From: a bacterium | Lineage (GTDB): Bacteria > Eisenbacteria > RBG-16-71-46 | Direction: 5' to 3' | DNA: 34,862 nucleotides | Assembly (NCBI GenBank): GCA_043779265.1 | Contig: JAYWEM010000150.1 | Location: 1 to 34,862 of the forward strand | Shown here: one piece after another, positions 8,026 through 14,392 of the stretch | How the letters are laid out: each line of letters opens with the position of its first letter | Position numbering within the stretch: the stretch's first letter is position 1 | Program-made: the position numbers and the translations under genes | Notes under the pieces: generated by a model | Told to the model about the DNA's origin: nothing | Databases searched by the model: none | Seen by the model: the letters and a program-made list of their open reading frames with translations, nothing else

Positions 8026-9501
8026 ATGAGCGTCCGCGTGCGATTCGCGCCCAGCCCGACCGGATTCCTGCACGTCGGCGGTGCGCGTACGGCCCTGTTC
8101 AACTACCTGTTCGCCCGATCCATGGGTGGCCGATTCATCCTGCGCATCGAGGACACCGACAGCGAGCGTTCGACCGAGGCGTCGACCGCCGCGATCTTCG
8201 CGGCGATGCGCTGGCTCGGACTCGGCTGGGACGAGGGCCCCGATGTCGGCGGCGATCACGGTCCCTACGTGCAGAGCGAGCGAGAGGAGTTCTATCGAGA
8301 AGCACTGCGTCGTCTGGAGGCGGCCGGCACGGCCTACCCGGCCTACGAGACGCCTGAGGAGCTCGACGCGATGCGCGAGACGCAGGTGGCGCGTGGCGAG
8401 TCGCCGCGATACGACGGGCGCGCACGGACGCTGACGGCTGCCGATCGAGCGTCGCTCGAATCACAGGGCCGGGTCCCGGCGTGGAGGTTTCGCCTGCCCG
8501 AGTCGGGGGAGACCGCATGGGACGACATCGTGCGCGGGCGCATCGCGTTCCAGAACGAGGTGCTCGATGATTTCGTGTTGGTGCGCTCCGATGGCCTGCC
8601 CACGTACAACTTCGCATGCGTCGTCGACGACCTGGCGATGCGGATCTCGCACGTCGTGCGAGGCGACGATCACATTTCGAACACACCGCGCCAGATCCTG
8701 CTCTGCGAGGCGATGGGGGCCGCGCCGCCGCGTTTCGCACACGCTTCCATGATCCTCGGGCCGGACGGCAAGCGCCTCTCCAAGCGGCACGGAGCGACGT
8801 CGGTGGAGGCCTTCGGGGATCTCGGCATCATCCCCGAGGCGATGATCAACTTCCTTGCGCTGCTCGGATGGGCGCTCGATGGCAAGACCGAGATCTTCAC
8901 GCTCGCCGAGCTCGAACGCGTCTTCACGCTGGAGAAAGTCGGTGCGAATCCGGCCGTGTTCGACACGCAGAAACTCGAGTGGATGAACGGTCAGCACCTG
9001 AAGCGATTGGAAGAGGCCGATCGCACGCGCCGCGTCGTCGGATTCCTCCTTGGACGGGGGCATGATCTTGCGCGCCAGGGCGATGCGTGGGCCACGGAGT
9101 TCGTGCGTGTGCTCGGGGATCGCATGCGGACGATGGCCGATGCCGCCTCGCTCGGGGCATTCGCACTCGAGGACGAGGTCTCGCTCGAGCCCGAAGCGCT
9201 CAGTGCGCTCTGCGCGCGGCCCGGGGCCGGGCCGCTTCTGAAGGCCCTGGCCGAGGCCCTCGCATCCGACCGGGAGTTCTCACCGGCCAGCATCGAGGCG
9301 GTCACGCGCGCGCTCGCCGAAGCAAAGGGCGTGAAGTTCGGCGAACTCGTGGCGCCGGCGCGCATCGCCCTGACCGGGCGCACCTCGAGTCCGGGCATCT
9401 TCGAAGTGGTGCATCTGGTGGGCCGCGATCGGGCGGTTCGGCGGCTGCGTTCGGCCGCGGTCCACTGGGCGGAGTGTTCGAGCGCGAAGCCGGATGCTTG
9501 A
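8026..9501 (+). CDS. gltX: Glutamate--tRNA ligase
   Basis: MSVRVRFAPSPTGFLHVGGARTALFN (HIGH), LRIEDTD, PTYNFACVVDD, HVVRGDDHISNTPRQ, KRLSKRHG (KMSKS), RIALTG..SPGIFE. Start moved from 7981 to the ATG at 8026, which has an RBS. Confidence 0.98.
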   Translation: MSVRVRFAPSPTGFLHVGGARTALFNYLFARSMGGRFILRIEDTDSERSTEASTAAIFAAMRWLGLGWDEGPDVGGDHGPYVQSEREEFYREALRRLEAAGTAYPAYETPEELDAMRETQVARGESPRYDGRARTLTAADRASLESQGRVPAWRFRLPESGETAWDDIVRGRIAFQNEVLDDFVLVRSDGLPTYNFACVVDDLAMRISHVVRGDDHISNTPRQILLCEAMGAAPPRFAHASMILGPDGKRLSKRHGATSVEAFGDLGIIPEAMINFLALLGWALDGKTEIFTLAELERVFTLEKVGANPAVFDTQKLEWMNGQHLKRLEEADRTRRVVGFLLGRGHDLARQGDAWATEFVRVLGDRMRTMADAASLGAFALEDEVSLEPEALSALCARPGAGPLLKALAEALASDREFSPASIEAVTRALAEAKGVKFGELVAPARIALTGRTSSPGIFEVVHLVGRDRAVRRLRSAAVHWAECSSAKPDA

Positions 9502-9506
9502 GTGAC

Positions 9507-9535
9507 TTGCAACGCGCGGCTCGGGTCGCTAGATT
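9507..9535 (+). promoter_or_regulatory. tRNA-Gln promoter (TTGCAA-N17-TAGATT) with GC-rich discriminator
   Basis: -35 at 9507-12, -10 at 9530-35, then CCCCGCC, 12 nt before the tRNA. Confidence 0.65.
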
Positions 9536-9547
9536 CCCCGCCTCATT

Positions 9548-9621
9548 TGCCCGGTAGTGTAACGGTAGCACGACAGGTTCTGGCCCTGTTAGTCGAGGTT
9601 CGAATCCTTGCCGGGCAGCCA
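9548..9621 (+). tRNA. tRNA-Gln (anticodon CUG)
   Basis: Acceptor stem TGCCCGG/CCGGGCA, anticodon arm ACAGG-TT-CTG-GC-CCTGT, T-loop GGTTCGAATCC, encoded CCA. Confidence 0.97.
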
Positions 9622-9667
9622 GTTTCACGCGTCACACGTTCCGATCGGCGCGTTGTGGCCGCAATGC

Positions 9668-9697
9668 TTGACGCGAATGCGAGACGCTCGTTAGGGT
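9668..9697 (+). promoter_or_regulatory. tRNA-Glu promoter (TTGACG-N18-TAGGGT)
   Basis: -35 at 9668-73, -10 at 9692-97, GC-rich discriminator CCCTCGCC. Confidence 0.55.
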
Positions 9698-9738
9698 CCC
9701 TCGCCTCGTGGCCCGAAAGGGCATGCGATCGCCTTCGT

Positions 9739-9813
9739 GGCGCTATCGTCTAGGGGTTAGGACGGATGGTTCTCAGCCATCAAACCGGGGTTCGAATCCC
9801 CGTAGCGCTACCA
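9739..9813 (+). tRNA. tRNA-Glu (anticodon CUC)
   Basis: Acceptor stem GGCGCTA/TAGCGCT, anticodon arm GATGG-TT-CTC-AG-CCATC, T-loop GGTTCGAATCC, encoded CCA. Confidence 0.97.
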
Positions 9814-9820
9814 ATCGACC

Positions 9821-9862
9821 GACGACCCGCGTGGCTCACCGCCGCGCGGGTCGTCTCGTTTC
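9821..9862. terminator. Hairpin terminator after tRNA-Glu, possibly bidirectional
   Basis: 15-bp stem GACGACCCGCGTGGC(9821-35)/GCCGCGCGGGTCGTC(9841-55) followed by TCGTTTC; the loop contains the stop codon of the convergent gene. Confidence 0.65.
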
Positions 9863-10336
9863 GGCCCGGGGCACCTCTCCAATCGGATGCTGACCGGTCG
9901 AATCGCGCCGGGTGATCGACGTTTCGCCATTGCGATCCACCCACAGGTGGAGCCGTGAGCGGCCGGTCGCGTCGCTGAGGAACAGGTGGATGCGCTGCTC
10001 GGGGTCGAGCTCGGCCTGCAGCCGGTGTATGCCATCGCCGTCGCTCAAGCGGAAGCGGGGCCGTCCATCTGCGGTGACCATCGCGTAGACGCGTGGACGC
10101 GTGTTGGCATCATTGAGGCGCACGACGGCGGCGCCATCCTCGCGCATCTCGAGCGCCCCACGGAACACCTTGGCCGAGTCGCGGAGCACGAAGCGCTGTG
10201 CGTCCAGTTGGGTGCGTGGGGTGAATTGATGCGCCACCAGCAGCACGAAGCCGATCGAGAGCGTGAGTGCCACGGCGCGCAGTCGGTCGATCGCGCGTTC
10301 CAGTCGAATCGGGTCCGGCGTGTGCGAATCGGGCAT
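9836..10336 (-). CDS. Hypothetical single-pass membrane protein with ~22-aa beta-strand repeats
   Basis: GGAG RBS; TM segment AVALTLSIGFVLLVA; repeats LRDSAKVFRGAL.., LNDANTRPRVYA.., LSDGDGIHRLQA.., LSDATGRSRLHL... Confidence 0.75.
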   Translation of the reverse strand: MPDSHTPDPIRLERAIDRLRAVALTLSIGFVLLVAHQFTPRTQLDAQRFVLRDSAKVFRGALEMREDGAAVVRLNDANTRPRVYAMVTADGRPRFRLSDGDGIHRLQAELDPEQRIHLFLSDATGRSRLHLWVDRNGETSITRRDSTGQHPIGEVPRAETRRPARR

Positions 10337-10376
10337 GAAAGCTCCGGTCGAGTGAGGGGCGCTCCTTCGCGCGCGA

Positions 10377-10385
10377 TGATAGGGT
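10377..10385 (+). promoter_or_regulatory. Extended -10 promoter (TG-A-TAGGGT) for the SDR gene, overlapping a minus-strand TATCAT
   Basis: Lies in the 98-bp divergent spacer; the minus strand at 10381-10376 reads TATCAT. Confidence 0.45.
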
Positions 10386-10434
10386 AGCTGGCCGCGCGCT
10401 GCGATGGGGCAGCGAGCGAGAGCCGGGAGCCGAG

Positions 10435-11331
10435 ATGGCGGGTTGGCCGAGTCCGATCGCAGTCACCGGGCCCTTGGGCTTCGTGGCCGCCCATCTGCTG
10501 CCCCGACTGGATCACGCCGGGACCCAAGTGCTCGCCGTCGTGAGGCCGGGCAGCGACGCCCAGGCGCTTGGCCGCTTCGGCGGCGTGGAGATCCGGCGAG
10601 GGGACCTGTCCGATCCCGCTTCGCTCGGTGGATGTTTCGAGGGTGCGGCCGCGGTGATCCATCTCGCGGGACTGGCACTCGTTCCGGCGATGCTGCCGAC
10701 GATCGTCGCATCGGGGGTTTCGCGCGGTGTGTTCGTCAGCTCGGCGGGAGTCCACACGCGGCTCGTCAGTTCGGGCGCCGCTGCCAAGCGGGCGGGGGAG
10801 AAGGCGCTCGCCGACTCCACACTCGACTACACCATCCTGCGCCCGAGCATGATCTACGGGACGCCGCGCGACCGGAACATGGTGCGGCTGCTGAGATGGA
10901 TCGAGCGCTGGGGAGTGGTGCCGGCGCCGCTCGGCGGCATCACGCCACAGCAACCGGTGCATGTCGAGGACCTCGTGCAGGCGATCCTGGCCTCGCTCGT
11001 CCGCCCGGAGGCGGCGCGGAAGTCCTACGATGTCGGCGGCCCGACGGCCATTGATCTGCGGGAAGTCGTGCGGGCGGCGGCGGGGGCCCTGGGCCGTCGA
11101 GCGTACGTGCTGCCGCTGCCGCTGCGGCCGGCGCATCTGGCGGCCATCACCGCGAAGCGACTGCGAATGCCCTTCCCGGTGAGCCCGGAGCAGGTGCTGA
11201 GACTGGCCGAATCCAAAGCGGTGGACATCACTCCGGCGACCCGGGATCTTGGTTTCTCACCGAGAACCTTCGCCGAGGGCATCGCGGCTGAAGTGGCGAT
11301 GCTCCGCGGCGGCCCCTATCCCGGACAATGA
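10435..11331 (+). CDS. NAD-dependent epimerase/dehydratase family protein (atypical SDR)
   Basis: IAVTGPLGFVA Rossmann motif, GDLSD, VIHLAG, FVSSAGV, TILRPSMIYG, QPVHVEDLVQAI. Confidence 0.88.
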   Translation: MAGWPSPIAVTGPLGFVAAHLLPRLDHAGTQVLAVVRPGSDAQALGRFGGVEIRRGDLSDPASLGGCFEGAAAVIHLAGLALVPAMLPTIVASGVSRGVFVSSAGVHTRLVSSGAAAKRAGEKALADSTLDYTILRPSMIYGTPRDRNMVRLLRWIERWGVVPAPLGGITPQQPVHVEDLVQAILASLVRPEAARKSYDVGGPTAIDLREVVRAAAGALGRRAYVLPLPLRPAHLAAITAKRLRMPFPVSPEQVLRLAESKAVDITPATRDLGFSPRTFAEGIAAEVAMLRGGPYPGQ

Positions 11332-11392
11332 CCGGTCCGGGTCCCGGGAAAGACAAGCCGATACTCGGCTGAACCTGTTGGTGGGCTTTGAG

Positions 11393-11422
11393 TTGACCCG
11401 CCTCGCCGCCGCCGCCTAGACT
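11393..11422 (+). promoter_or_regulatory. Promoter of the structured leader and EPS operon (TTGACC-N18-TAGACT)
   Basis: -35 at 11393-98, -10 at 11417-22; same layout as the gltX promoter. Confidence 0.6.
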
Positions 11423-11436
11423 TCCGCCGTCGCGCG

Positions 11437-11624
11437 GCGCCCGGGGGAACTGGTCAAGGTCGGACGGCCCCGGTGCACCTGCGACAGCCGTGCTGGCCTC
11501 GAACCTTGGAAGTGCCGATGCTCCAACGGAGCGAGGCCAGTATCCACCCCTCGAATCCTGCCCCTGTTCCGGAACCTCCGGGACCGGAGTCGGGGTGTAC
11601 CGTGCGCCGAGAGGACCCGGGCGC
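11437..11624 (+). ncRNA. Candidate structured RNA or 5' leader of unknown family
   Basis: Nested stems found by eye: 11437-45/11616-24 (9 bp), 11471-85/11589-11602 (14 bp), 11491-11501/11532-42 (11 bp), 11566-72/11578-84; begins just after the predicted promoter. Confidence 0.45.
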
Positions 11625-11681
11625 GGTCGATCTTCGCGATCGCGAAGGTACGAGAGTGGATCGGTCCACACTCCCCACTTC

Positions 11682-14270
11682 ATGACCTTCCGCAAGGCAC
11701 CGAGATTCCTTCTGCTGACGATGACCTATGCGGCCATCGTCAACCTCTCCTACCTGGGCGCGCTGCTGCTGCGCTTCGAGGGGGATGTGCCGGCGCGTTT
11801 CGCGAGCGGCTACCGGGAAATCGCGCCCGCTTTCACGCTGCTGAGTCTGCTCGGCTTCTTCCTCGCCGGCCTGTTCCATGGACTGTGGCGATATGCCAGC
11901 ACGGTGACGCTCTTCCAGATCTTCAAGGGCGTCACACTCTCGGCCGCATCGCTCGTGGTGCTCATGCTGTTCATCCCCGAACAGCTGTTCCCGCGAAGCC
12001 TGATCGTGCTCGTGTGGCTGATCGAACTCGTGCTCGTGGGCGGCGTTCGGTTCTCGTGGCGTCTCGCGCGCGAGAAGGTGCTCGGCCCGTTCTCCGGTCA
12101 TGCCGTGCCGACGCTGGTCATCGGCGCGGATCACGCCGCCGTCAATCTGGTGCAGGAGATGCGGCGTCGCCTCTCGGGTGACGAATCGCTGATGCCCGTG
12201 GGGTTCCTCGATGACGACGAGCGCCTGACCGGCCATCTGCTCGAAGGACTCAAGGTGCTCGGGACGGTGGCGGATCTGCCCGAGGTGCTCAGGGCCCGGC
12301 ATGTCGAGATGGTCGTCGTCGCCGATCCGGACATCCCCGGCCGTGTTCTGCGCGAGATCGCACGCGTCTGCACGGATGCCTCGGTTCGCGTCAAGACCCT
12401 GCCCGGCCTGTCCGACGTCCAGAACACGGGACGCACGTCGCTCGCACAGATGCGCGACATCCGGATCGAGGACCTGCTGGGTCGTGAGCCCGTGCAGCTC
12501 GACCTCGATGAGGTCGGATCGTTCCTTCAGGGGCAGCGTGTCCTGATCACGGGTGCCGGCGGGTCGATCGGCTCCGAACTGGTCCGGCAGGTCGCGGAGT
12601 TCGGCCCGGCCGAGATGGTCATGTTCGATCACGCCGAGAACGGGCTCTACTTCATCCACAATGAGCTGGTGTCGCAACGGCCGGGCTATCCCGTGCACGC
12701 GATCGTTTGCGACATGCGCGATGCCGAGGGTGTCGAGTCGTGCTTCGCTCGTTTTCGGCCGACGGTCGTGTTCCATGCCGCCGCGCACAAGCACGTGCCA
12801 CTTCTCGAATCGAGTCCGCGTGAGGCGGTGCTCAACAACATCGTGGGGACGCGCAATCTGGTCGATGCCGCGGATCGCGTCGGGGTCCAGAAGTTCGTCC
12901 TCATCTCGACGGACAAGGCAGTCAATCCCACCAGTGTCATGGGCGCCTCCAAGCGCGTCTGCGAAATGCTGTTGCAGAGCGCGAGTCAGCGCAGCGCGAC
13001 TCGATTCTGCGCCGTGCGATTCGGCAACGTCCTCGGTAGCGATGGCTCGGTCATCCCGCTCTTCCAGCGCCAGATCCAGCGCGGTGGGCCGCTGACCGTG
13101 ACGCATCCCGAGGCGAGACGATTCTTCATGAGCATCCCCGAGGCGGTGCGATTGGTGCTGCAGGCCGGCGCGATGGGCCGCGTCGGCGAGGTGTTCGTCC
13201 TCGACATGGGAGAGCAGGTCCGCATTCAGGATCTCGCTCGCCAGTTGGTCCGTCTCGCTGGGCTGCGCGAAGGGGAGGACATCGAGATCGTGTTCACCGG
13301 CTTGCGCCCGGGCGAGAAGCTCTTCGAGGAGTTGCACTCCCACAGCGAGCGCACTCGCATCACACGCCACGAGCGCATTCTGACGTGGGATCTGACCTCC
13401 GAGGAGGAGGGCGTCCTGCGGCGCGATGTCGCTGAACTCGAGCGCCTGTCCGTCATCGGGGAGCCCATCGCGATCAAGAAGCAGTTGCATGCGATCGTCC
13501 CCGAGTACCGCGAACCGACGCCCGATGAACTCCGCCTCCAGCCGACACCGGCGAAGGAGGACGTTCTGCTGCCCGCCTCGTCGGTCGTGGCCCCGGCAGC
13601 GACGAACCCATCGTGGCCCGAGCGGGCGAGACAGTCGGTCGACGTCGTTCTTGCGACGCTGTTGCTGGTGCTCAGTGCGCCGATCTGGATCGCGCTGCTG
13701 CTGGAGGCCAGGTTGCGTGGCAAGAAGAGCATCCTGTTCCGCGAGACTCGGATCGGGCGCACCCGGCGCCAGGGTCAGCGCCGCGCGGGTCGCCAGGAGA
13801 TGGCGATCGACCGGCGCAACATCGAGCGCCGAACGCAGAATCTACTGGGCGAGCCGGTGGCCTGTTCCCGCTTCCGCCACGACCTCGGCCCGATCAGCCG
13901 ACTGTGCGCCCGGCACCGCCTCGACAAGTTGCCGTGGCTGTTCAACGTGATCCGCGGCGAGATGGCCATCGTCGGACCGAAGCCGGAGAAGGAGGAACTC
14001 GTGCTCCGCTGGCACCATTTGGTCCCCGACTATGAGCGCCGCTTCTCGGTGCTGCCGGGAATGACGGGCCTCGCTCAGGTCTCGGGCATCTCGGATAGCG
14101 ATGCCGAAGGCGTGGTCCGTCGCGTGCACTACGACCTGTTCTATGTCGAACGCCGTTCGCTGTTGCTCGATCTCCGGACGATGGCTCGCACGCTCTCGGT
14201 GGTCATCCGACGCCCGCGCGGACTTCGCCCCATGCCAGCAGCCTCGGTCGATGTCAGGCCTGCTGCTTGA
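11682..14270 (+). CDS. capD: CapD/PglF-type UDP-sugar 4,6-dehydratase fused to a degenerate C-terminal monotopic phosphoglycosyl transferase (Bac_transf) domain
   Basis: Four N-terminal TMs; IEDLLGREPV, VLITGAGGSIGSELVRQ, FHAAAHKHVP, ISTDKAVNPTSVMGASKR, VRFGNVLGSDGSV, TGLRPGEKLFEEL; from about 13620 VDVVLA..LSAP..LDKLPWLFNVIRGEMAIVGPKPE..PGMTGLAQV..YDLFYV. Start moved from 11490 to ATG 11682. Confidence 0.92.
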   Translation: MTFRKAPRFLLLTMTYAAIVNLSYLGALLLRFEGDVPARFASGYREIAPAFTLLSLLGFFLAGLFHGLWRYASTVTLFQIFKGVTLSAASLVVLMLFIPEQLFPRSLIVLVWLIELVLVGGVRFSWRLAREKVLGPFSGHAVPTLVIGADHAAVNLVQEMRRRLSGDESLMPVGFLDDDERLTGHLLEGLKVLGTVADLPEVLRARHVEMVVVADPDIPGRVLREIARVCTDASVRVKTLPGLSDVQNTGRTSLAQMRDIRIEDLLGREPVQLDLDEVGSFLQGQRVLITGAGGSIGSELVRQVAEFGPAEMVMFDHAENGLYFIHNELVSQRPGYPVHAIVCDMRDAEGVESCFARFRPTVVFHAAAHKHVPLLESSPREAVLNNIVGTRNLVDAADRVGVQKFVLISTDKAVNPTSVMGASKRVCEMLLQSASQRSATRFCAVRFGNVLGSDGSVIPLFQRQIQRGGPLTVTHPEARRFFMSIPEAVRLVLQAGAMGRVGEVFVLDMGEQVRIQDLARQLVRLAGLREGEDIEIVFTGLRPGEKLFEELHSHSERTRITRHERILTWDLTSEEEGVLRRDVAELERLSVIGEPIAIKKQLHAIVPEYREPTPDELRLQPTPAKEDVLLPASSVVAPAATNPSWPERARQSVDVVLATLLLVLSAPIWIALLLEARLRGKKSILFRETRIGRTRRQGQRRAGRQEMAIDRRNIERRTQNLLGEPVACSRFRHDLGPISRLCARHRLDKLPWLFNVIRGEMAIVGPKPEKEELVLRWHHLVPDYERRFSVLPGMTGLAQVSGISDSDAEGVVRRVHYDLFYVERRSLLLDLRTMARTLSVVIRRPRGLRPMPAASVDVRPAA

Positions 14271-14392
14271 TTCACGTTCCCCGCCTCCACGGCGCTGATC
14301 CGTCGGTGGCATGCACTATCATGTCGAAGACTCCCCATGCTCGGAAGCCCTGCGCTCGCCGATCGGCGAACGCGACGTCCAGGAGGGACCGG

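Noticed and set aside
5557..8259. 900-aa minus-strand ORF, and similarly 11454-13490, 28271-29809 and 31190-33226
   Set aside because: Antisense to well-supported genes; GC-rich codon bias suppresses stops on the reverse strand; no recognisable domains.
9548..9813. tRNAs as integration sites of an island carrying the EPS operon
   Set aside because: No integrase, no duplicated tRNA 3' end and no evident compositional shift in the window.
11551..11565. TCGAATCCTGCCCC resembling a tRNA T-arm or att remnant
   Set aside because: Short match only, no cloverleaf or CCA, and it does not match the 3' ends of the two local tRNAs beyond TCGAATCC(T).
11490..11681. 64-aa N-terminal extension of capD in the ORF track, and similar extensions on wza, wzc, GT2 (17537) and wzy (20190)
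   Set aside because: Low-complexity sequence overlapping upstream genes or the structured leader; downstream starts have an RBS or stop/start overlaps, or mark where homology begins.
11332..11681. ops/JUMPStart, SRP RNA, tmRNA, RNase P or canonical c-di-GMP riboswitch in the leader
   Set aside because: Their signature motifs (GGCGGTAG, GGAAGCAGC, GAGGAAAGTCC, GGCAAAC..GACGCAAAG) were not found by eye; a covariance-model search is still needed.
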